Below the pieces are notes generated by a model, which saw only the letters and a list, made by a program, of their open reading frames with translations, had not been told where the DNA came from and did no database searches. This document shows positions 14,501 to 56,951 of a DNA stretch of 64,000 nucleotides, piece by piece. A program made the translations under genes and the position numbers. The stretch is from Phoronis australis. Taxonomy: Eukaryota; Animalia; Phoronida. The DNA lies in NCBI GenBank assembly GCA_002633005.1, contig NMRA01000255.1, forward strand, positions 228,062 to 292,061. Reading direction: 5' to 3'. Every line of letters begins with the position of its first letter. Position 1 is the stretch's first letter.

Positions 14501-16739
14501 TGAATCTGGCAATGTTCAAACGGTGAATAATTCTCTCGTTAGCATCCCCACAAAGTACATTCGCCACGATAATTTTGCGAGTTTTCGCAATCCATGCCTC
14601 TTTAACTTTTAATGGGAATTTTAATAAGTGGTCGTGTTTTACTCGAAAACCTCATTACATTTCGTGCCAGTTGAGTCGTACCCATACCCGTTAAGTTTGA
14701 AAATATTTGGAGTTTTGTTGAATGAAATATTTGTTGGGCTAAAGTTTCCACTGAACTAACTTGCATTAAAATCAGTTTTATGAGGTTTTTAACTAAAATA
14801 ACGAGGAAAGTGTATCTCAAGTCACACCTAATATCTATTAGTTGACTTTGCCTATTGTTTAATGTGACGTCATGGTGAAATTTTATGCCATGCACTATTG
14901 CTTTAAGGCAAAATCCGACAAAAGTGTTAAACACTGAACATATTTCCATTTAAAACATCGACGCCTGTTATGGAAAATCCTACACGCTTATTGAGCATTT
15001 TTATCAAAGTTTTAATGCGGAAATTTTGATGAATGCGCTTGAAAGTCTTTTTTCCCTGTTAATGCATCTTTCAAAGAACGACAATTTGCCAAAAAGGCAT
15101 AACCATGTGTTTACGAAAATTGCAAAGTGTTGTGAATGACATGCATGACTCCTAGTTTCAGAAAGTATAAACTTTAATGAGTTGACAGCAACTATTTACT
15201 TAGACATTTCAGGAAGAAAGCAACCATTTAATTAGGTGTACACGTAACGGTAAAGCGGATATCATTTGAAACACGGGTGCCATCCAAGAAGTGAACTTCG
15301 GTTTATATCACCATAAAATCGATCCCACCTTGCTATCGGCGCACTCACATGACAGCTGCCATTTTGGTCTTGCAACGAAGGAACTGTCTGTTCGTTATTC
15401 TGATCGGCGTATAACATGTCTCACCGAGACAAGTAAACATGTAGAACCTTGTCATAAGCAATTACACTGTATAACGAAATATCAGTTCTTTCAAACCTCT
15501 GAAATCTCCTTTAGTTTGACTAACGAACACTTTAAGATCAAATTTCATAAGGGTAAGTGATCTGAATCAAAAGTTGTTTTGTTGTGATAGAAGATGAGTT
15601 TATCGCTGACACTTATTACTGGCTTGCTTTTCTCCGTCTTTACGTACTTCTTACTTCGTTACCGTATAAGAATCACAATTTTTTCTCGTTACAATTTCAA
15701 TTAAAAAGATTGTCCAAGCACCAGGTGACCAACACCAATAATGCATGACTGTCATATCTAAGTCCAAATCAGCAATAGGATTTCTTTCATAATCTGTGTA
15801 AACCTCCAATAACTTGAAGTATTAACTACTCGGTTGTTCGACTGATGGCCCAAGGTTTAAGAGATAAAGAATTTCTTATTCAATGAAGGTTATCTTCAAA
15901 GGAGATAACCTCTGAGACTAGCAGTTATAAAATATTTTGTAAGCGACGTGTAGTGAAGGGACCACCTGGACCGGGTCCCTGGTACAAGTGGTGCGGAAGT
16001 TGAAATGGGGGCTGAGTTCCGTTGACGCAAGATAATAGCGAAAGATCCTGATCTAAGCGAGATCACCATCCATTAGAAGGGAAGCACGTGACCAAGCGAG
16101 ACTCGTGAACTTGGCCTTGCCGATTTCTTTTTGTTTCGATTCTATTGAAGCATTACAGACAAAATACACTTGGTTGAGTGTCGCCAACGTTTCTTTTTGG
16201 ATTGGTTCCTAGTTTGTAGTAAACAACAGAGTACAATACATAGGCTATTCAGAAAGCGCGGCCTGTCGGCGTGAGACCCAGCCTATTTCACTGTTAATGG
16301 GCAGTGACGAGTAGACCTGAGAATATGAATGAAATTTCTAACTTACGACTGAATAGGAACACTAGGAACTAACTGATATGTACACACTGAGTAAGAAATA
16401 CAATCCACTGAAAAGTACACCAAACCTAGGAGCTGGTTCCTAGAGCAAAGCGACAAATTTACAACAAAAGGATGAGTTTACTTTTACAGAATGGTAAATA
16501 AAATTATAGTAATTTAGCAATTGCTTCACCTAAGTTTTTATTTTCAGATTTGAAACGGAGACGTCAAGGTTATGTAGGATCTTATCGAAGTGTCTGAGTA
16601 TTTAGTCAATTATTTGCAAACCTACTATTAACAATTATTTACAAAGCTCTGTAAAAGTGCGTATGTTCTAAAAATGGAAATCCTTTAGAATTTGTTTTTG
16701 ACTTTTCAATATTGTGTCATTAATGGGGTCACGTGATCT

Positions 16740-17070
16740 TGTCTTCTTGGTTAAATATTAGCCTGAAAAAATAAAGGTCCATTGATAGCAAACAAGCAGC
16801 ATCAATAAAGTGACCAATTTTTGTTTGATATCAATGTTTTTAAAGGAAGAATCTGAAAAACGCAGTCATAGTTTCCTAAATTATCACAACCCATTTTCGT
16901 TTTATGCACTTTTTGAATTTTTTTTACGACAATCATAAAATTCCTATTTTTATACACCCACACTCAAAAGCAGCACATTTTGTATACGATTCCTAATAGC
17001 GTATTAGAGAACAGTGCAAAAGCATAGTGTTTGAAAGTTTCGTATGAATCTGACGTTCTGAAGTTATCCA
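16740..17070. mobile_element. Old dispersed repeat, related to 11220-11520
   Basis: Same collinear blocks as the 11220-11520 copy. Confidence 0.5.
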
Positions 17071-19073
17071 AATTTGAACACTTTTCTTGGCTCCTGTATA
17101 ACCTTTTTAGTGACATTCTCCTCGGCAATTAAAGTGATTTGAAGAAATTCGAAGTAGTGTGCTGTAGTCGAATCGGCGCAACTACCTTTGCTGCAGAAAT
17201 CTGCCGCCGAGCCAAATCTTACGTGTTTGAGTATTTAAATGGTAAAAACACCGACCTTGATTAAGACGAAGTTCTGGCAGACAACTACAAATTGGCAATA
17301 TGTTATAAAATTACATGTACAACGAATTTTATGGTTTTATTGCTCAGTCTGTTAACAGCTAGTAAATTCAAGAAGTCTACCCCATCCTACAATAATACTA
17401 AAAATGATTTTTGGCCGTAAAGCCGACCATGCCCTTTTAATCAAAACCATGTTTTATTTTATTACATTTTATATCTAAGAAAGGACAGCGATTTGTTACT
17501 TTGTGAAAAAATCTTAACTGTTTCTTCGAATACATGTGAAGTATGCTAATTTGATCGCAAGCTCTTCGCATAGATATCGATAGATATGAGTATGCAGTGT
17601 TCATTTTCTTTTTCTTTTTTATAGTAACGATAATGGCAAGCATTCATCAGTAACGGGATGATGAGCGCCCAAGGTGCGATATCCATGCGACCTGTATTGT
17701 TATGTCGAACAAAGACGCAACAAAGGAAAACGATGGAAGTGTCACAAAGGCGACAACCATGCGACGCGCTTACGCCCGTCACATGGATCTTGCAATACCT
17801 TGAGACATCCATACGACGTCATTTGACATGAGAGTTCACAGCTTTACAGGCGAAACAAGCTCTAACAACTTACATTTTTCCAATTTGTCTCCACCACGAA
17901 TAAACAAAATTCATTAAGGGAATTGTTCTGGACTGCATTGTTGTAAAATAATTTTATTATGGTTTTGAAGACATATTTTCGACAACTTTAAAACTAAGAC
18001 TTTACACACAGTGATTCCGTAAAGTTTTTTAAATAACATTCTAATTTACTGCATTCCGTGAAATCTCACGCGTTAAATAGCATTTAAGCGTATTTAAAAA
18101 AAAACAGTAAAGATTTGTCAGTATGTGAATATAATTCCATACCTGTTTTTTCGAAAATGTTTGAAGCAAGCTATTCTATCGATTTATTCTGTTTATGTCT
18201 TTCTAGGTCGCTATTCTGAAGGCTCATCGGGTCCAAATTCCATTTCATATTTATTCAAGTTTTAAATGCATGTACTCATTTTCACAAAACTAAAATTTCA
18301 TTTACGATAACCGCCACTCATAATTCCTGAAAAGTTCAATTTATCACATACTAATTTACAGCATTGCGTGAAAATTCCATGATCACAATTTAACAACATG
18401 CGTCATGCTGTGAAAAGTTTACAAGGAATGTTAAACGGACACGTGTTTTTTTTCGATCGAAAAAACGCCACAATGGGATTGCTTAGAATAGGACTTGAGG
18501 ATGGAATTGAACGTTAAACGCAGAATATCTCATGCCACTGGTGGGTCATTCACTACTACAATCGACAACACTGGTCAATGTCATTCTCACAATATACTCA
18601 AGCATCCATGTCCGGTGATGGCAAAAAAAGTTCTATCATGAACTTTAATAGAAAATGAACCATCTCAACTAAACGTAAAAACGGTAGCCATCTCATATGC
18701 CCTTCATACGCCGTTACTTTCAATATCTTTTGCGCATAGATGGACACATTGGGATGCCGTCGATGTCTTAGTTCGTTCCAACTCCGACAATTTTCCGGTA
18801 AACAAACTTTTGTCGAACAGTCCTTCGTTCAGTTGCCTAAATAGGCCATTTTTGCACTGCTCGTGCCAGGAGATATGACGTCTCTCAATGCGTAAAAGGT
18901 ATTTCAAATAGCAATGTGACTTTGATGGTTTAATCAGTGTGATGCATTCGCCGAAAAGCTTACTGTGTAAAAGTGGTGGGCCTATGGGATGGCCACCATC
19001 ACTACTGTTACTTGAAACGGTGGTGGTGCACTGTCTAGAACTTCAGTAGCTAACTTATATAGAACACCCTACA

Positions 19074-19291
19074 CGCTCGAATGAGTCCCATCTATTTGGC
19101 GAAAAGAAAAAGGTCCGTCTCGGAGAAATAAAAACTACGAGAAAAAGTCCACTAAATTGGCAGGAACTACCAAAGATTCGGCAAATGCACAATTTATAGC
19201 TCTGAATGTACCCCGTGAATCTTACTAAAAGGTCCACATTCTCAAAAATTCCAGCCCCCCATTTTTTAGACTGGACCGGGGTGCGCGCATG
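19074..19291. mobile_element. Truncated copy of the 6039-6326 MITE family
   Basis: Shares aaaagtccacta, atgcaca..tttatagctctgaa.gtaccccg, aaaagg..cacattctcaaaa and the right TIR gggtgcgcgcatg. Confidence 0.75.
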
Positions 19292-19696
19292 GCTTTAGAC
19301 TGGAGTCAGTAGCACAGAGCATAGCGTGACGCCTATTAATTAGACAACAACACTAGTGTTGGCCCTGCGTTGTTTCGGATGACACTGGCGTATTAAGCTT
19401 TTGCCCCGGTATATTTTTCAGATGAGATTGGCCGTCGGATTGACCTCGGGGTTGTCGCTGGGCAATTCGACCCACCGTACCCGACAGAGTAGACTGGCCT
19501 TAGGCCTACATGTGCGGAATTTTTGGAGAAGTTTACACGGAGTTTACTGAGTTTTCCGTTTTCAGAAATTCCAGGCCAGACGTCATAGTACTACTACACT
19601 TTTTAACAAAGATACATCTTGACTGACATTTTTATTTTATTGATTGCTGACAATGAATCTAACCCCCTCCCCCTAGAGTCCGACAAATCAACTCAC

Positions 19697-19875
19697 TAAC
19701 GAATGTATTGGAATCTCAGGCGTAACTAGAATGATAGTTGCCAGATCATTCCACTCATGTTTCCCCAATTTTAACGAGTTCCAGTGAAGGATTGAGAATG
19801 ATTCCCAATTTAGAGGTTGCTCAGCACTGACCGTCATTTTTGCGAGTGAACACTTGTTGGCAGCTGTTGTACTGA
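19697..19875 (-). other. Putative first exon of a gene divergent from POLR3B (possible 47-codon coding part from ATG 19837)
   Basis: Inr-like TCAGT near 19873; aaaATG at 19837 open for 141 nt to a TTA|GTGAGT donor (19696-19691). Protein not recognised. Confidence 0.35.
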
Positions 19876-20082
19876 ACTGCGTTGAGCCGCAGCGCACCGA
19901 AGAGTCTCTGACCAAAGTATTAGTAATGACACCAGACGGCGCTTCAATCTCTTTACGACATCACCGACTACATTTCGGCAAAGCGTGAAGTGAATGAAGT
20001 AAATATTGTTTTGCAAGTGCCTGTGAACCTGCATATTTTGCCAAGTTACTTTCAGTTTTATGGAGGGTGGTTAACGGAAATC

Positions 20083-49834
<29,752 letters not shown>

Positions 49835-49900
49835 AAATAAAACTCTGAAGCTCGAAAATGCTGGCATATGTGTGGAATAGTAAACTATTGTTTTGTTGCA

Positions 49901-49906
49901 AATAAA
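49901..49906 (+). terminator. Probable POLR3B polyadenylation signal AATAAA (another at 49836-49841)
   Basis: AATAAA about 67 nt after the stop codon, followed by a T-rich downstream tract. Confidence 0.55.
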
Positions 49907-50782
49907 AATTTTAAAACTATTCTGTAATTTGTTTTTATCCGTAATTTATAAGACATCTCCTCCAACTCAGTTTTGCACTGCACAAGGCATTGACAGGGCA
50001 TGAGTACCAGGCAGTTTGTTAAGTGGCTTAAAGAAAGTAAACTTTAGGTTTGTAAACTTTGTATTATAAATAATTTGAGTATTTCTAAGATCTAGTTGTG
50101 ATCTTAAGTCATTATAGTTGTTGAATGGATTGAGTGAAACAAATAAACTTATACTGTCTGTTTAAAACAACACCTCTCAGCGGCATGCTTAATTTTTGTT
50201 GTACTAACCACAGAGTCCTGAGGTTTTCACATTTATAGGCACATGTTTACTCTTCCTTGTAATAAAATGATCAAAACATTGATTCACAACAGCAGTTCAG
50301 AAAGAATTTGGCTTTTCCACCCACTGATTTTCACATAACAATGATTACATAACTTACGTAAAGCTAAAACCAGCACATATCACAGCGTATGAGAAAAAAA
50401 GCTAAATATAAAATTGGCACATAATATGGTATATATGGCCTTAGTGTGTATACCAAAAATCATTTATAAATTCAGTTTGAGAATGATTGCAGTTCAGCAA
50501 CACTCACCCTGTAATAAGTGACACCTGTGAGTTAAAGCTTAGAATAAACTAGACTCTCACACTGACATATTTACAGACTAAACATGTTTAAATTACATAT
50601 TTACAAAAGTACAGGTCTGTAGACTATTTCCTATACATACAGACCTGCTCAAAGGTGACTATTTGGGAACACCTTTCCATCTCCATGATTGCAAAATATA
50701 TATACATACTATAAGACAGAATATTTTCAAGATTCACCATATTGTTCCTAGTTTTCTGTCTCTCCAATTTCATTTACGTCTG

Positions 50783-53700
50783 CTACACTTCACCAGTCAA
50801 CATCTTGCGCAGTTCTTCATCCCGCCTGCTCTCAGCAATGCGCCTCTTCATATCTTGAAGGCTAAAAACAGAAATTTGCATTCTAGTTAATTTTGTTCTT
50901 CATAAGTTCCTTAAAATTCAAAAGCATCCTCAAAATGTTGATAAAATGCTTTATTCAAAAAATTTTATTGGGAAAGCAATAATAAATTGCATATGAACAT
51001 AGCGATGATCAATTTAAGGAGTTTTGGAAAATTTTAATGAAAGACAACAAAGGTGCACAGATGTTTTCATTCCACAGTAATCTTGAAAGAATGACAAAAA
51101 ATAGTGTTTTATTTAAGACACAACCACACAAACAAAATCTTTATCAGCCATTTTCAGGCGCCCACAAGGTGCTGTAGTTAGGAAATAAAATCTATTTACT
51201 GATGTCCACAACTGGCCCTATTTCTTTTAAATATTTTACAAACAGTAATTGAGCAACTAACTTAAAGTGCGGGCTATAAGCCTGTCTTTCACAAAAATAT
51301 CTTTGTTTAGACCAACCACTATAAAGGTGGTACTAATGTTGTCAATTGATATTAGAAATAAATTGTGAGCTTGGGAAGAATGGATAGTTCATTATTGCAG
51401 GTTTGGCGTGATATGTTGACCTATCACTGTGTGTCAAGTCACGCGGCGAGCACAGCCTCAAGCACTACCAACAAATCTGTCTGTTCTTCCATAGTCTGGA
51501 AATTATTCCTCATCTGAGCAAGGAACAATCGGAGAAGAGTTTTGAACTGAAAAGTCGTGTAACAAAAGTTAGTTTTTGGTGACGGAAGGATGGTTAATTG
51601 CCATTTTAAGCCAAGAATGAAGAAATCAGTGCCGCAACCAACAAGCCTTCCAAATTGTGCAACATTTACCAATCGTACATTTGGATATTTTGTACATAAT
51701 TGGATGATGGGGGTAATGATGATTCCCCTAGCTTATGTCACACATAAATTCAAACCTAAAATGAAATCATAAAAAATCAAAACTAAAAAATACTTTACCG
51801 TTCATAGATGCTAAAGAAAGATATAAAAATGTGTGTTAGCTAGGAATATACAACTACGACTACAACGACACTCAAATAACAACAAGAAGAAACAACAACA
51901 AATTACTTATGGTAATGTCCAGCTGATGTAAGATGTTATGTATTTTTAGTGACACTATTTGGTAAAGTCATTGTCTAAGTAGTTAAGAGACTTAAACTAA
52001 GTTGTTAACAGTAGGGAGAAGTGTTGTGGGAATGGCCAGATATAGGTCGAAGCAAATGATTTGTTAAATCCTCTGACTAATAAACATACATAAAATAAGA
52101 CTAATACTTGGAGAAATGAATCACAGGAGCACAGCTTCACTCTAACAACATAAACGTGTTTCATTACATTTATCTCAACATCACCTATTCACGGTAAAAC
52201 TACTTACTTATTTTTATATGTCTCTGTCCTCGTTTTATTCAGATACATATCATTGTATTCCGATGTAAACTGAGGTTGAGACTTCATTTTGTCTTGCTGT
52301 TCGGCTTCCAACTGTTTATATTCGTCCAGTGTCTTGGGTCTGATGGATTGCAAGACTTGATGCCTGTTAAGTGGTACTGACGACTCATTCCATGTGGTGT
52401 TGGCTGTGGAGCAAAGGAGCTATTATTACACCACTATTTTGGCTATCGAGTTCACATCAGGCTGATGATAAATGATAATCAATCATAGAACCATTCACCT
52501 CTTTTGGTAATTTATCATTGCTCACTGATCAGAAATCCTAATAAAAGCATCACGACTGATGACAGACTTTGCAGAGAAATTAAATTATATCAACCTTTAA
52601 TATGAATCCTTGTCAACCATCTATATAATTTACCATTTGCATAAAGTCACACAAATGGATTACGTGAATTGATAATGAAAATGATAAGTTATGATCATTG
52701 CCTGTGTATTTTTAGGAAATACTAACAGCAGCCAACAAGACCATTTACCTCAGTTTTCACTGAAAAATACGTTTTGTGCAAGTTTGTTCGTTTACAGCTC
52801 AATCTCTAAAAAATCATGCTGAGGCCAGAATTTTTAATGACTAGCAATCCCTTTTCAGTTGCAATTAAACTTATTTGTTGTCAAACCAGACTAAAATAAA
52901 GTGGAAAGACTATTAGGAATAATAATTATAAACAATTGCATGGATGTCTCAAAACAAGTAACTGTGGGAACATGTGGATTTAACACTGTATATGTACACC
53001 AACTTACTATGGCAATTTAACATTTGGCAAGTATTTCCCACATTGAGATTCATGGTTAACAATTGTAGAACATAATTTCAATGTTTCCACGATTAAACAA
53101 AAATGGTTGGATATTCTCTTTACAATAATCATTTTTTTGTCTGTTTTCTTTTTATTTGTTTGAAACTGTTATGTAGAATTTTCCATAGATAAAGGTCAAC
53201 TCACAAGCCCATCTTTGTAGATAATAGCCTTCAATGGGTCGGCCGTAGTCCATGTGAATGGGACCAGGTTTGTTTGTTGCTGGCCGGCGGTACATATCGA
53301 TGGTCATAAATCGATCTACTGGCTCACCATAATGGTGTCCGACTGTAGCAAGTCCTGAAAATAAAGCCAACTAAATGACCAGTTATTCAAATGATATTAA
53401 GTACAAGTTTTTGAAAAATTAAATGTTCTAATATTTTACAAACTGTGTTAAAACAGGATATGTATTCTTTGACACTTGGGGATATACTAGTTAGTATACA
53501 TAGACACATTTTTCAATAGAGCACAACAGGAAAATAGCAGGCTTCCCAGCATAATAGATTTTTTTAATTTAATAATTGTCTACTTCTCAGAAAAAAAGAA
53601 AAAATGCAGAGGAAAAGTCTTTGGCTGAATTTTAAATGATTTGCTGTTGATTTTCTTTCAATTTCAAATTCACACTCTTGCTTTCAATGAAACAAGGTTA

Positions 53701-55787
53701 CACTGACAAGGTTTTGTCAACTTACATCTCTAACATTACTGATGCTCATTCCAAAGAAACTTGTAAGTCAAGGTCAGTCAAAACACCTTACATATGTCGA
53801 ATTGTTAAACTATTACATATTTCACATGACATACATATATGTCTCTGACAATACAAATTACTTTATGTTTTGAAGAACTTGTGATAGGGTGTTTTGTAAA
53901 TATATACGAAATTGGATTGGATCCAAAGTTGTTGCTATGACTAGTGAGATCTGTTGTAATACACAAGTAACCTGAGCAATTTAATTCAAACATTAGTATC
54001 ACTGATATACGACAACCAAGCCTGGTGGAGTACTCAAAAGCACTGCACCATGCAGAGAAGGGACAAGATTTGTGGCATTAAGACAATACACATATGATAA
54101 AATAAGGTCTCTGAGTTTGTGTATTTTGATAGGGCTGTCACAAAGGTATGCCCGACAGAAAATATGCATTTTGGAAACATGACCAGATAGCTGAATACGG
54201 CAAAACTATCAACTTACAGTGAAATCTCACCATGCAATTTTGAACACAAATAAAAGCAAATGATGCTCTTTTCCATTTTTCAAGTGTTTCTAACCCTGTT
54301 GTGCATAAAGCACATTTTCTTAATAAAATTTGTCTCATGTCAGTTACGGTAAAGAATTTGAACATGGCATGTCTTTAAAAGAAAGAAACATAAAATAAAA
54401 TTTCACTTGTTGGTCACATTGTGTCTAAACTGAACAGTGATACTTTGCCATAGTTCATGCGAATTTTTGGTGCAGGTCTTGTACATGTAACATACCACAG
54501 ATAACTTGTGCACATTTTGCCCTGAAATTCACTAACAGTGCCTGTGGAATGAATCCAGCTTCTCAGTGGTACTCACCGGCTTTTTCTTGACCCCACCTAA
54601 CAGTGGCACCACGTCTGCAGGAATCATACTTCTGTCTTGGTTCACGTAACCATTGTTCTCCAATGTAACAATGTGGCCAGGTACTTGACGCATTTCTCAG
54701 GTTATGTTGGGACATATTCGTTGCATATCTGTCTTTGTAGTGGCGAATATCAGGGAAGTCAACTTTTTTAGAAACATGAAAAAATGGATTTGGCCTCTGC
54801 AAAAGTAAAGATTAGAATACATCCAGTAATAAACTACAAACAACACATCCATATTGATTAGAACTTGGTGTATTGAAGGAATTATTTCTCATTTTAGAAT
54901 ATTCTTATGCATGTAAGTTTTTAACAACTCAAAATAATTTAAAATTGCGGTGCAAATATAAAGTTTATTTCATTTTTTTGTTGAAGTTTTAATACATTTA
55001 GAATGAAACTAAGAAATACAATTTTAATGGTTACACATAATATGTAATGCCAATTTCACAACATTGGCTTGCACATTCAGAGGCAACAAGACAGTCTATT
55101 TGTAACATATTCATGAACTTGTTGTCCAATTTCATTGAAATGATTAATAAAAAAGCAAACTAATTCAGAACATTTTGACAGAAGGATAAACAGTCACCAC
55201 CAAAACCTCAATAACACACAACATATTTCATACTTACTTTGTTTATATTTGCTATTTGTTTGTTGGTTAATACTGTATACTGGTTGTTGGGAGTCCTTGG
55301 ATGTTTTGTTATGACATCCATTTGCTGAGTCCTCAGCATGGGATCTTCTGGATCAAATGACATGTTTCTTGCTGGAATTGTGTAGTCGGAAAGCAGTCCC
55401 TGTGTAGATAAACAGAATACTTTTATTCATAGTTGGTAGAGTAATTGCCATAAATAATAAGGAAACTCCTAAGAGAGTTTAAGCTACAGACTGTACCTAT
55501 AACCAGTTAAAATCGATTCATAAATTAATGTGGATGGCTTTAGCTGTGCTAATTTCTCTTATAATGCATTGATTTTAAAAATTTCAAGATGGCTCATATT
55601 TACAATTCAATTTTAAAAACAGTGATGATGGTTGGTTGCCTTACTTGATATTCGTTTATTGAATCAAAAAAACATAGTAGGCTAAGCAGGTGCATTGGTT
55701 AACAACAGCTATTAATTATTTCTTCCAATACATGTTCGACCAAGCCATGAATAGAGACTAGCTCACTTCAATCTGTGATGGTGCCAT
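50783..55787 (-). CDS. Uncharacterised spliced protein, ~279 aa (possible ciliary/flagellar protein)
   Basis: Phase-compatible GT-AG exons on the minus strand: 55787-55767 (MAPSQIE), 55399-55238, 54796-54577, 53354-53205, 52403-52208, 51810-51799 (12 nt) and 50861-50783 (..RRDEELRKMLTGEV*). The four large internal exons are open in one continuous frame. The start codon and micro-exon are less certain. No family recognised. Confidence 0.72.
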
Positions 55788-56432
55788 CAAGCCTTTGATG
55801 TGCCAAGGAATTCATTGCATATTCTTCTGGGGTGAACATTGCTGTCTCGTCCACTTGCGTCAGTCAGTGCAAATCTTGTTATTGTAAGAGTTACTATGAT
55901 GAATGACTAATGAGTCTAATTTATATACGCTATGGATTTTTGTATTTAGTGGCCAAGTTATATGATTCCAATTTATCAGTTTTTAACAAAAACTGAAAAA
56001 GTCACTTGTGTCGTCAAGCATTAACTGAAACTATATATTTCACGCGAGTCAAAACTCTGTTGGATAGTTGTTGAAGAAAAAAGCTCTTTCCGGGAAGGGT
56101 CATATTCAGATAGGTATCCATCAGTGCATGGGTATTTTATCAAAAATCGGTCTGCTGACTATCAGCCAACGAGTCCTCGTGAGTCCTGGACTTTGTCAAC
56201 TCACCAATATCACGACCCACCTGCTACACAGACGTTGGTGATGGTGAAGGACGTAAATGACGTCCTTTCAAACACCTTCAACAGAAAATTACATAAATAG
56301 CCAAGAATTTTGAAGGTCCTTACTTCAACTTTATACCGTTATTCCAAGGTCGTACCAGGTCCTTGACTGTGCCCGCAACCAATGTTGTTTCCACACTGTT
56401 TCACGTTCACTTCCCGTATTATGGCGTCGGCT

Positions 56433-56446
56433 GTTGCTATAGCATC
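56433..56446. promoter_or_regulatory. RFX X-box-like motif GTTGCTATAGCATC near the putative TSS of the minus-strand gene
   Basis: One mismatch from the palindrome GTTGCTATAGCAAC; lies just upstream of a probable non-coding first exon whose donor (gtaag) is at 56323-56319. Confidence 0.5.
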
Positions 56447-56449
56447 AGA

Positions 56450-56700
56450 CGGCCATTGCAAAGCGTACCCAAATTGGTATTTATGAAAATACATTTTGTT
56501 AAAAATTTAGTTACTAATAACCTTATAGCTCGCGACATTTAAATTTTCATTAATAATTCATATTTATTTTGACGTTAAATTTCAACTTAATGATTACAGA
56601 ATTTCATACGGCTAATATTTCAAAACTGCACAAGGGATCCCATTCATCCAATCAGACCAGCTAATGCATTTCCAGCTGAAAAGTTAACTGCACGTTTCCC
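56450..56700. promoter_or_regulatory. Short bidirectional promoter region between the minus-strand gene and GMPS
   Basis: AT-rich core flanked by CpG-containing exon-like segments that end in divergent donors (56323 minus, 56783 plus); CCAAT at 56648. Confidence 0.5.
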
Positions 56701-56782
56701 GTGTTTTCGATCGCCGTTGTTCCAGTCTTCTTCACACGCCTTGTCTCTGCTGCGATTGCTGTAATCGTGGATTGTTTCATGA
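56690..56782 (+). other. GMPS: Probable GMPS first exon (5' UTR, ending in ATG-A in frame with the next exon)
   Basis: Ends CATGA|GTAAGT; spliced to 62370 it gives ATG AAC ATT GAG ATG GCA. The start coordinate is approximate. Confidence 0.55.
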
Positions 56783-56951
56783 GTAAGTTCACATGTAGAT
56801 GTGTCATACGTTAGACAGTCAACTTGCCCTTTGCAAAATGTGTTCTGTTGTCATGTTCATGTTGAATCCTGTCAGAAACCGTGCTACTCACGTCTACAGT
56901 CTACACGCGTGACATACACATGTGCTGGCTTATACATATTACTGTAGTTAG

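Noticed and set aside
18710-18836. Exon-like minus-strand segment (tttag|...GGC|gtatga) within a 67-aa ORF
   Set aside because: Its phase is incompatible with the 19837-19697 exon (stop in phase 0) and no homology is recognisable; support is too weak.
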